Shown: positions 39,848 to 52,485 of the stretch, in pieces
How the letters are laid out: the number at the start of each line of letters is the position of its first letter
Position numbering within the stretch: position 1 is the stretch's first letter
DNA from: Adineta vaga
Taxonomy: Eukaryota; Animalia; Rotifera
NCBI GenBank assembly: GCA_021613535.1
Contig: CP075496.1
Location: forward strand, 11,594,001-11,658,000
Direction: 5' to 3'
DNA length: 64,000 nucleotides
Program-made: the position numbers and the translations under genes
Notes under the pieces: model-generated
Told to the model about the DNA's origin: nothing
Database searches by the model: none
What the model saw: only the letters and a program-made list of their open reading frames with translations

Positions 39848-41479
39848 ATGTCGCATGTAGCACATGCAGCATGTGGTGTTGATGTTTTTCTTTGTTTTAA
39901 TCCTCAATCTACTCAATGTTCATCCGTAGCAACGATTATCCAACAACATTGTTCAAAGTATGAAACTCAAAATTGATTGAGTAAAATAGATAAAAGATTT
40001 TTTGAAATCTTTAGACAAGAAATCATTTATCTAGCATCAGATAATATAGATTTTACGACGAATTGGTATGAATTAATACCAATTCAAATTCTTCGTTCGA
40101 AAATATTCATTCCAATTATTGATGAACAATGGTATTCATCATTTTGGTGTTCTTGGATGCTTTTATTTGCTCTTGTATGTAGATCCATAAAAGACAACAT
40201 ATTTTCTATCAGTTAAATTCTTTTATTTTAAGGAACATGAAAGTCGTTATAGTCTTCCATTGATTATGCCTGTAATTTTACCATCATATGGTGAACGAGC
40301 ATCAGAAGCATTGATTACAAAATTAACAAAAAAATATAAAGCAACGATTATTCTCAATGAAGTAGGAAAATGTTATTATATATTTTGAAATTCAATCTTG
40401 AAATTTTAGCATGAACCAATTAAACAATCACTTGAACCATTATTTAAACTGATTGAATTGACTATTCATACGCCTGAATGGTTATCTAAGAGTGATAAAT
40501 CAAAACGACATGTTGACAGTGAACGACCATTGACATCTGATGAATTCGAGTTTTTAAATGAAATACGACATAAAGAAATCTCTTTGATGAAAGGTTTGAT
40601 AACTTATTCAATTCATACTGTTTATTTTATTTTTATATTTTAAAAAAAGAATTATCATTACAACAAGAACAAAAACTTTCACATCCAAAAAAGTCTTCCA
40701 CAAATCAACACGTAGCATTATCTATTCCATATGAACAATTATCGACATTTTTATTCTCAGTTATGTATGAAAATTTTCATTTAATATGGTTTGATGTTGT
40801 TACAATTGATCAACGACATTATTTTACATTTATTTGGAATGATAATCATCTTTTTCAAAATCGTACATCCGTTCTATTCTATGATCTTAATCCTGCACAA
40901 TTTCATGAAATAACATTAAAAATGAATCGTTATGAATTTGATTTAATACATTTCGATGTTTATTGTCATAGGAATGTAAATATGTTTCATTATATTTGTC
41001 TTTTCTTACGTCATGATTTAAATAAATTATTTAATAAATTACATACACCAATTATATCACATCGATGGATAAATGAAAGTAAACCAAATGCTGTTAATAT
41101 ACGTCCATTGTTATTATGTGGAAATTTATATTATTCAAATTTATTTACATTCAAAGGTTATGATCATAATCGATATCATCGAATAAATTTAACTGATAGT
41201 GAATTACTTGAAGAACATACAAAAGCTTTAATTGATAATTTTAAATTAGTTGATTTAAAAGTTTATCATTTACATAATGGTGATTATCGTTTTGTAGCTC
41301 TATGGACAAAAGAACAAGAAGGTTCATCAATAGTCTTACTTGGTTTAACATATGATGAATTAACTGAACGTTTAAAAGAAAAACAAATTCGACCAAGTAT
41401 TATTACGAATTATGGATTATTAGTTGATGGACAACAATGTTTTGCATTAGTTTGTAATCAATATGAAACGATTCGATGA
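39848..41479 (+). CDS. TIR-like domain plus ~5 BTRD1/polyglycine-hydrolase-like repeats, ~470 aa; exons 39848-39957, 40015-40174, 40233-40361, 40410-40593, 40650-41479
   Basis: TIR segments 'VDVFLCF', 'ILRSKIFIPIIDEQWYSSFWCSWMLLFA' and 'LIMPVIL'; repeats such as 'INLTDSELLEEHTKALIDNFKLVDLKVYHLHNGDYRFVALWTK'; all introns phase-compatible. Confidence 0.75.
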
Positions 41480-41663
41480 ACGATTACTTTTTTTCATATA
41501 CAAACATTGACAAAGGGAAGAAAAAAAAAATTTTATTGTGAAAAAGAAAAAGACGAAACTTATTAGATAAAGATGTTTGGAAAAGAATTTGAATTAAAAA
41601 CGCATACACACATTAGAATGAATCAAGATATCAAAGAAAAATGTATTTGTCTATAAGTATGAA

Positions 41664-44547
41664 TTAATCAATTTTAACAGCTGAATATATTCTACTAACG
41701 AATGTATATGAAGCAATAAAACCGATTGTACCAGTGAGAATCCAGAATGTAAAACAGATTACAAATGTGTAGCCAAAATAAAGTAATGATGGAACAAATC
41801 CAGTTATATCAAGCTAAAATAAAATGAAATTATTGTTTCTTTTTTTTATCTCGGAAATTTCTATAAGTGAATTTCTGTTACTTTAGAGAAGAAGTAGAAA
41901 ATTGAATAGGCAAATACATAAAATGCAGAACCACCTGAAACAATAAATGATCGCCACCACCAATGATAATCTTCTCCACATAATTGAAAATATGTGATGA
42001 CAATTGAAATTTGTGAACATGCAACTAAATAAATCAAATACATATCTTCATAGTTTTACTGTTTATTACTTACTAATGATGATTATAAAGACAAGAAAAA
42101 GAAAACCAAATAAATAATAATATTGATTTTCCCAAATAGCCTAAACGATCATCGAAGATTTATTCGTCAATCCAAAAAGTTCTTCTTCATTTTTTTACCG
42201 TAAAAATAAAAAATAATTCGATGAACATTGCACCAAATGGAAGAACACCTTAGAAAATAATCTCCTATAAAAATTTTCACATTATTCGTCGATTTCTTAC
42301 CAGCAATGAGAGTACTAAATAAAAACATAAATAGATACGTTCAATTCATTGTATTCATTTACCTTATAACTGGATGCATATACCATTGTTGTTCAGGGAT
42401 TTGTTTTGGAATTTGATTTGTTCGTACGGGATGTTCATATGGCTAAAACAAATTCTAGATTTTTTGAGTATGAAATCATGGCACATACTAGTTGACGATA
42501 AGCAAAATAGAATCCAATCCAAACAAGTGGAAATGAAATACCTAACCACATAAGTAATATAGCAAGCATCGTAGAAAATGGTACAGCACCCGATGAACGT
42601 TTTCCCCAGATAAAAAAATTCAAAATAAGGCAAATACTACAAACAACAGATGGATAGAGTGTAGCAGTCTGAAGAAAAAAAAACGCTATCAATCAATGTT
42701 CCATAAAGAATGAATGAACATACTAAGATTGCGGTTTTTCTCCAATTAGTACCTTTGATTGTTTTGTAGATTCGACCAGAAAAGTATCCAGCAATTAAAC
42801 TAATCAAATCCATAAGAATGGTATTTCAATTCAAATAAAATCTATCTACATACCCCATAAAGACATAAAGAAAACAAACAGCTGTTATTAAGGCACCACG
42901 TGATGATGGTGAGAGCATTCCAAGTGCAGCAAAAACTAACCGAAAGAAATCAATTTAGTTTTCTTCTTTTTTTCTAAATCTTTGGTGAAAGAAATACGAA
43001 CCAATAACAATAAATGACATCATAAATAATTGAACACCTGAACCAACAAGAGCTGAAAGAAAATTCTTAGCACGTGGTGGTCGAAATACATCACCATGAA
43101 CCCTAGAGACAAATAAAGAAAGAATTCTTCAAGAATCAATTCAATTCAATAATCAACCAACAATTTCCATCCAGTTTCTTCAATACCTTCATCCTAAATC
43201 AAAATCAAAACCATCTTATCATTTTCTCCTACAAAATCTCATTAATAATAACTAACTGAATCTTCTTGATTATATCGTGCTATATCACGTCGAAGTGTTT
43301 TAACGATAATCATTGCAACAATACCAGCAAGAAAAAAGATGACAATAACTGAATTAATAATAGAAAACCAATGAATTTGAACATCTGACATCGCTAAATA
43401 CGTATCCCAGCTAAAATACAAGATTACAATTGATTTTCTTGTATATAACGAAAATTAGAAATCATCTGATATTTACCGACTTGCCCAACGTGTTTCACTT
43501 GGTGTCCATTCGACTTCATATGTCATCGTAACTTTAGTTTCTCCTAAAAAATCGATTCATTTTCCTATAAAATGAAATCATTACTATGAATAACTTTACC
43601 TTCTGAATTAATTTTTTGCATATTATTTCCACCATCGATTGTACATGTTGTCTCATCGTCAGATTTAATACGACTAGAATCAATACTTTTCGGTTCAACT
43701 TCAAAACCAACCACACGATATACCGTACTTCAGAAAAAATCAATTATTGTCGATATTTTCAATCATCAAATTCATATTTACATACTCAGATTCAGATTCT
43801 TTGTGATAATGTAATCTAATAACCAAATGATTATTTAAAAAGGCTTCGTTCGATTCTTTTGCATATATTCCTAAACGATAACCATGTTCATACATAACGT
43901 CATTTGCGTTAATATTTTGAATTTTTGTAGCACTTGGAAGATTATCTACAAGTCTTGAAAAGAAAAGACAAATATTTCCGAATGAAAACATCGAATTCTC
44001 TTACAAATGTACGAAATATTTTTCTTCGATATGTTTTGCTACTGTTGCACTTTCTTCTGCTGTTAAAGTAATATCTTTACAAAGAACTCGACAAGGAGCA
44101 TTAGTATCCATTTCAACCTAAATCATATTCAATGATTCATCGATTGAAATGATCTTCTCAAAATGCTTTTACTTTAAAATTTGTATTAACAATTCGATCA
44201 CCACGAAGAACTTCGCCTATGTAACAAAATTTATGTTTGCCTATTGAATAGAAAGATTTCTTTACCAAGATTTTCTGATTTATATTGAACACCATCAGAC
44301 GGTTTACAATGAACGGGTAGTTTATAATAATCATACGGTAATTGAGTATTTGAACTCGTCATTTTAACAGCCTGAAAAGGAAGAAGAATAATTATTATTT
44401 TCGTCTACGAATAAAAACAATTACTTTAACTTCAACATCTCCACCTTTTTCAAAATCAAGTGGAGCAACACCGGGAATGTAAAATGAGAAAACTGGTTGA
44501 AATAAATAAATCAAACATAAACAACCACTTAAACCTACGTTGAGCAT
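41664..44547 (-). CDS. TM9SF4: Transmembrane 9 superfamily member 4, many exons
   Basis: '[40 protein letters not shown]', '[10 protein letters not shown]', 'VHGDVFRPP', '[11 protein letters not shown]', C-terminal 'SAVKID'. Confidence 0.93.
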
Positions 44548-45650
44548 CTTAGAAATAGAAAAAAAATGATAAACGTAACGTTATTTGTTCATGCTTGAAT
44601 GATTGTAGTAATACGAATATATACAGTAAGCATGATATCGAAATGAAGGTAAATATGTAAGAACGAAAAGAGAGAAGGACGTTTTCTACAGCAAATGATC
44701 ACATATGAAAATGTGTCTTCCGAGTACGACGTTAAATGAAAACATCCAGTACACGTATATGGCTTATGAAATATTAATTATTTATTTGAATTTTTAAGTG
44801 AAAAAAAAAATCTTTCAATGAATTACTTGATGAGAAACCAATTAATTTTAGTGAATTGATTTCAAATTATTTTTTTAATAAAATATCATTTGAGGATGAG
44901 GGTGTGATTAGTTGATCTGTCTCTCCCATTCTCAACATTAATATGAGGCTTCTATTGTTGTGCACTATAAAACTTTTGATTTTTGATAAATATATATCGG
45001 ATATTCTTCTTCTCTGCATCCCTGCTGTTCGGAGTTTTTCTTTGCAACGTTATGCGAAAGAATCAAAAACTGATTTGATATCTTTGTTATACAATAAAAC
45101 CTTAGTATTGGTTAAAATCAATGTATAAAAAAGATCTAGAAAGTCTTTTATAATGATTCTATGACGATAAAAAATCATTCGATGAAGATCACACTTTACT
45201 GTATTAACAGTTTGGTTTAGGAAGAAAGAAATTTTTAATATAATCAATAATCATCTTCAAGTAATATCCAATATCTGATGAGATCATATATATCTATAAA
45301 TCGAACGTCTTCAAGTTTTGGCAATTTATGAAATATCTTCATTATCCTTAATTGAAGAATTTGATATTCAATTGAAAATAAATACTCAATTATAATAGTT
45401 TTACTTTATCTATTAAACACGGAATATCGCTAAAGAAAGGAGATGGTAATATTTGAATCAACAAATGAAAATTTCTAATGCATTGTCACAAAGTCTTTAA
45501 TATTCTGTTTGTTTTATATGCATTTATGATTGTATAGAAATCAATGTAGAGGTCGTTGTTAAGAAATGATTTTTGTAATGCCATGTTGTATAACTGTACA
45601 AAAACTGTTTTGATTGCCAAAATCTTTTTTCAAGTTTTAATTGGTCAATA

Positions 45651-48600
45651 ATGGCGATGAAAACGAAGGCACCAACGACATTGAAAGCAGTGAACAATCG
45701 AAAAGAAGAAAAAAAAGTTCTTCTACCGGAAATGGTCAAAACATCTATTCAAAATACTAAAAAAGAATTTCCATCATCGAAACCTGTTATTCAAAATAAC
45801 GCAGAATTCAATCGTTTGATTACAGGAGATTTTTCTCAAGTTTTTTCTAAGCAAAGATCACGACTCTTTCGAATTTTTCTCAGTTCAACATTTTCTGATT
45901 TTAAAGTAGAAAGGAATGAACTCTATCGACGAGTTTTTCCAACCATTAAACAACGATGTGCACAGCTTGGTTACGAATTTCAAGTTGTCGATATGAGGTA
46001 TATCATTTCTCTTTTTCTCATATCTTTCAATCGAAACATTTTTTTTTCTTCTCTAGATGGGGCGTATCCGATACAGCGGATACGGATCATACAGCAGATA
46101 TAATGTGTATGAATGAAATTGAACGATGTATTGATTTATCAGCTGGTCTTAATTTTATTTACTTAATTGGAAATCGTTATGGATATATGTATGTTCCATT
46201 AGAAATCGATCAAGACGAATTCGAAAATATCCTTACTGTTGCCCGTGAAGAAAAAATTGAAAATAGTAATCTTATACAAAAATGGTTTCTACTTGATCAA
46301 AATTCTTTACCATCAAAATATGTTTATGTTGTAAGTAGAAACCCGTTTCTGATATATATATTATTTCGATTTGTAAACCTTGTTGTAGCCGATTACAACG
46401 TATTATAAACACTTCGAAGAACAATCAGCTGAACAACAACAAGAGAAAAAACAATGGCAAACAGAAGAAAAATCATTATTAAAAGCATTACGAGAAGCAG
46501 CTGATAAAGCTCATGAAAAGAAAAAGATATCATATGCACAAGCAAACAAATATTTTGAATCAAGTAATATTCTTTTATATATTAATACAACTTTTAAACA
46601 ACTTATATAGTTACTGAACGAGAAATTCGTCGTGGAACAATGGAATCTAATTCTTCTAATGTTATTGGTGTTGTTCGAGATTTTCTAAATCCAATTGTTG
46701 AAACACCTGCTGATGCAAAATTTATTGGTACTAAATTATACACATATTACATTTGACTTAGTCTGATACCATCGTCTTTTATAGATTCAGCAAAGAATGA
46801 ACGTATATCAAATGCGATCAATCAATTAAAAATGCATAGCTCGAAAGTAACACCACCAGCTCAATTCAAACGATTTCTTGTTCCATGGGTAAAATTTCAA
46901 TTTGCTTGTAATTAGAATTTTCATTCTGAATTTGTTCATAGAAACCTGGTGGTTTGAATCTCAGTAAAGAACAATCTCATCAACAATATATCGATGAATT
47001 TTGTCAATTTTTATCAACAACAATCTTACAAATGATTGAAAATACTTGTAAAAAATTATCGAATAAAACATTCTCACCATTCCATGAAGATCTTCTACAT
47101 CATGGATTATTTTGTCAAGAAAAAAATCAATTTTTCTTCGGTAGAGAAGAACTCTTATCGAATGTTCATGCACGTATTGAAACCAATCGTCGAAATGTTT
47201 CTTCACCACTTGCTTTCATTGCCGAATCAGGTTGTGGCAAAACATCATTTATGGCACGTTTAGCTCAAGATTTACGTGTATGGTATCCAACAAGTGCTGT
47301 ATTCATACGTTTTCTTGGTACATCTGCACAATCGACAAATATCGAATTAGTCATACGTTCACTATGTCGACAATTAAAATTAGTCTATGGTACTGATAGT
47401 GATGATGATAATGAAGATGAAGATGATCAATCATTAACATTTGCATCATTAGTTCGAATTTTTCATGAACGATTAAAATTACTTTCACGAAAACGTTTAA
47501 AAATTCTTCGTAAAAAATCGATACCAAAACCATTATTTATTCTCTTAGATGCTATTGATCAATTTGAAAATACATCAAAATTCTCTTTTCAATTTGATTC
47601 TTGGTTATTAAGATATTTACCACGTGATGTTCATATATTTATCTCATTTATACCAACTATTGAACGGTTTAATATCAAAGATTTATTTCTACAATTCATT
47701 CGAAATGATGAATCAACATTATTTACTATTCCAAGTCTTCGTTCAATTGATTGTGAAAATATTATTCGAAGTTCACTTCAAGCACATCATCGACAATTAT
47801 CATCGGAACAATATAAATATTTGTTAACAACTGTTGAACATAATTCTAAACCATTATATTTAAAATTATTAATCGATATTGCACGAACATGGACTTCTTT
47901 TCAAGATCAATCTTTACAAGTAACATTATCACTTCCTGAAACAATTGAAAATGCTGTTGAACAATTATTTTCACGTTTAGAAAATCGTCATGGAAAAGAA
48001 TTTATTCAATATTCACTTGCCTATCTTGTTTATGGTTTAAATGGTATATCAGAGAATGAATTAGAAGATTGTCTATCAATAAATGATATTGTACTGAACG
48101 AAATCTATGCATATCATGATCCTCCAATACCAAATGCAGTTCATATACCGTCACTTCTTTGTCAATCTTTACTTTATTCAATTAAAGAATATTTAAGTCA
48201 AAAACGTATCCATGATAAACATATTCTTTCATTTTATCATCGAAAATTTTCCGAAGCAACAACAAAACGTTATGAACATTTACGTAAACAATGTCATGAA
48301 CATTTAATTGAAATCTATGGTAATGATCAAACAACGTATAAACGAACAATAACATTAAAAAAACGAAATAATATGATTATTAACGATGCTGATCGATTAA
48401 TTAGTTCACAAATGACAAATCAATTGAATACAAGAAAATTAATTGCATTACCTTATCATTGTTTAGAATTTGGATTCGAAAAAGATCATTTATTACGAAC
48501 AATGTGTTTATTTAATTTAAATTTTCTTTCTTGTCAATTAAAAAGTCTTGGTCATACGATATTTGTTGATTCTATTCGACATTGTTTACGAATGAGACCA

Positions 48601-51600
48601 AATTGGACAGATTTACGATGTCTTTATCATGCAATATGGTCTATTGATGGTGATATGATTGAAAATATGGACGTAGCATTGATTATTTCCGAACAAATCT
48701 TAGGTTTTATTGATGATAAAAAAACAAGTCAATTCTACAAGAAAACAAATGAATTAAATATTAGTCAAGATCTTGAAAAACTTCTTGTTGAATGTCGAAA
48801 ATATTGTAGTGAACATGATGATTGTTTTCGTTCATTATACGCAGGTTTTCCACAAGAAACCGATGCATTAGCATGGAGTTTTTCTCCTGTCACACATATT
48901 TTATATCATAATGAATTCTATTGTCTAGTTATTCTTGATGGAACAGATAAGGTTAATGGAAAAGATCCAAGTTCTCTAATCCAAACTTATACAGTAGCTG
49001 TCATTAATTTACAAACTGGCAAAGTAAGATTGCACTTGAAAATGAAAAGATAAATTCATTTCTTTATTTCGTTTTTTTAGGTTGATAAAATCTATCTTGA
49101 TGAAACATTTGATAAAATTTGGAATGGTTATATCACAAAAAATGGAAATAAAGTTTATCTATTCGGTGCTAAAGATATGAAGATATTTAATAGTCGAACA
49201 GGTGATATGTTAAGTGAACGATCATTATCATTTGATAATAAAACATTTTGTAATAAAGCATATTGTTTTACAAGCAATGAAGAGTAAGTAATTTGAATAG
49301 AAATAGTTAGACAAACAGGAATTTTATCATTACTTAAAGTATCGATAGTTTTCCAAAAAATTAAACATGAAATTTGTTCTCTCATTCATATTGATTTTCT
49401 AGACAATTGATATTAGCGAATGAATGGCGTCTTATTGCACTCGATCAAACTGATGAAGATTTAACTATCCGAGTAAGTACTATAAACTTTTCGTCATTAT
49501 CTTGTTGAAATTTTGTCTGTTACTAAAAATAACTTAAATAGAAATATCATATAACATTCTAGTTTCATTTCCCTTCATTATTTTTTCTATCTCCATCAAT
49601 ATCACGTTATTTCCATTTTACTCGAGACTCTCAATTACTAGTTCATTTTCCAGTAAATTAATTCCATTATAATACAACTACATGATATTCGATATAGATT
49701 TCCGAAAGAAAAACAAATTCTCGAATGGGACTTCTACTTGGATAGATTAAGTTTATTTATCGTATATAATAGACATTTTGTCATACTCTATTCTATCTGT
49801 TTGAATAATTTTAGAGCGGACGAATTCCAGTTAAGAATGTATCATTTGAAATAAAAAATACTGCCTATATCGATGTTTCTCTTCGATGTATTGGTGCTAA
49901 TGATGAATATGTTCTTTGTTTAATATTTGATGAATGTAATCAAGCTTTAATCACTCTTTGGTCATTGAATGAACATGTAGAAATGTTATTAATGCGTTTT
50001 GCTTTCCTTTATCTTGAAACAACTTCATCCTATCTATTTGATTTTCCATTGAATAATAATGAAATTTTATATCTTGCAACAATCGATGGTTATATTTGTA
50101 CATTTGATTTGATTAAAATTAAATCGAATACAAAAGTGCAAACTTTTACTAAAAATGATACACTTATTTCACAAATGTATATTCTTCCTGATGAAGAATT
50201 AGATCGTCTTGTTTGTTTAGCTAATGATCAAATTGCTATATCTACAAAAACGTATATCGCCTTATTTGATCGAAAAAATCTTTCGACAATTTTACAAAAG
50301 ATTTCCATCAATAAATCACGTAATGATTGGAATATGATTATACAAGATGATGATCATCAACATGTTTTAATTACCATTGATTCAACTTATCAATTCATAA
50401 CAATCTATCGACAAGATCAAACATCAAACTTGAATCAAATGAAGATTAATTTTCGTTCGAATGTTCAAGATTTGAAATTAATTCAAACAACAACAATGTT
50501 AAATAATGATGAAAAGAAAAAAGTTTATGTTCTGATTTTACTTGACGATGAAACTATTCAATTACTTGAAATAAATCAATTATCTCAAGCTAGTTTACAA
50601 CCGAATGGTTTATTTACAAAAATTCAAAATTATAATGTAAATTTATCTTCATGTTCTTTTCTTTTTCAAATGAATTTGTTTTTTTTCTTCATTAGATCGG
50701 TGAAAAATTGATTGTTACACGTGAATATGATAGTCCTTATCCATTAGTAATGTGTCCTTCAAATAAATCATTTCATACTGTTCAATCTCTTGAATCTTTA
50801 AATAAACTTAACATTGAATTCATTGCTTTATTAGATAATGATCAATATTATATCATTCTTACCAGTGACAAATTAGTTTATAGTTATTCCGTACATAATC
50901 TCAATGAATTACTTTTTGAATATGATTTAAAAACAAAATCAACATTGAAATGTTTCTCATTAAAAACTTATCATTCAAATCTAATTATATTTATGTTTAT
51001 GGATGTATTTATTGTTTTACAACTCAAATATGATAATATTGAAACTAAATTTCATGTTCAATCCGAACAAATTCTTTCGATTCCAAATCGAAATGTAGAA
51101 TATTCTCTTAAATTTATACCGAATAAAAAATTTCTTATACTTGAACAATCATTAAATCTCACCAGTAATGAATCTCTCAGTGACTTGCGTGTATTTACTT
51201 GTAATGAACAAATGAAAATCTCACCAATTAATGAATCTATTACGTATATGAAATCAAAAATTTCAAAAAGTGGAAAAATTATTGCATTTATGACATATAT
51301 ACCGGCATTTACAGGATCAGAACTTTGGATTGCTTATGAAGGAAACATTTTACATGCTCGTCTTCCATCTACTCTAGCTGAACTTGATGTACGTTCTGAT
51401 TTTCATTCTTGGATGCGTCATTCACTCGCATTATACAATCAAACAGCAGAAAAATATAGTTTATCAATTGATGTTACAAGTTTAGCTATTCAATCTCCGA
51501 ATGATTCATGTCTTGCATCAGGTGCTGATGATGGATCAATTATTCTTTGGTTTTTCACAAATAATCCAACCTATGAAGTTTTAGAATCCATCCATAACGA

Positions 51601-51981
51601 GGAAGTAAAGATCACAACAGATTATTTTATAAGAAAAAAAAACAAAATTCAATTTCATTTTCTTAGATCACTGGTTTACAATTTGATCCAAATACGAAAC
51701 GATTATTTTCATCATCTCTTGATCGTACTCTTGCCATATGGTCTCCAACAACATTACTACATGTTCTTCATACACATGTACCCATTAATCGAATTCATCT
51801 TTTCGTTTCTTCAAATGTTCTTCTTGCTCAAGGTAGATTTTGGGGTTTTGATCGATTGATGATGTTTTATATTGATAACAATATACGACCAACACAAACC
51901 ATATCAAAGACGACTCTCAATAAGGAATCAAAGAGTACAACAATTATGGAAGCATCTGAAGTTGCAAGCTGGGCTTTATAG
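45651..51981 (+). CDS. DUF4062-NACHT-WD40 protein (NWD1/NWD2-like STAND NTPase)
   Basis: 'FRIFLSSTFSDFKVERN..FQVVDMRWGV', Walker A 'AESGCGKTS', Walker B 'LFILLDAIDQ', 'GISENELEDCLS'; WD-like 'LASGADDGSIILW' and 'LFSSSLDRTLAIW'. Confidence 0.9.
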
Positions 51982-52485
51982 GAATAACAAACCAAGTAAT
52001 TCCATATGCGTGATAATGTCTTACTTCTTTCTCTCATTTTTTTTCTTTCTTTCGTGCTTTACTAAGTAGTTGTACGCATGTGTGGGTTTAAATAAGAACG
52101 AAGCTTCTAAAAATAATGTTTTTGTCTATTGACGTCAAAACTATGAAACAATATGCAGATCATTGATATTACTAACCTAACCAACGTAAAATACGTCGAG
52201 AAAAAAAAACAAAGATATCGTTTGTGACACATGACTTGTTATTAATAAACACAGATGCTAAATCTTCATTTCTAAGACAAGAGTTATTCTTTTGTAAAAG
52301 AATAGAAGAAGAAAAAGAAAAAGACGAAATAGTACAATCATTAGTAATGTTTTCTTTGCTTTTATACGAACAAAAACAACAGAAGAAATCAAATGAAAAA
52401 TAAAAACATCTATCCGACAGAAAGAACAAAATATTTATAGAAAAAAATCAAATGTTTCCTTGGAGAAAAGATCGAGATTCATGTT

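Noticed and set aside
49280-49340. Apparent in-frame TAA/TGA readthrough or alternative genetic code in the NACHT gene
   Set aside because: A canonical phase-2 intron (49284-49401) removes these stops
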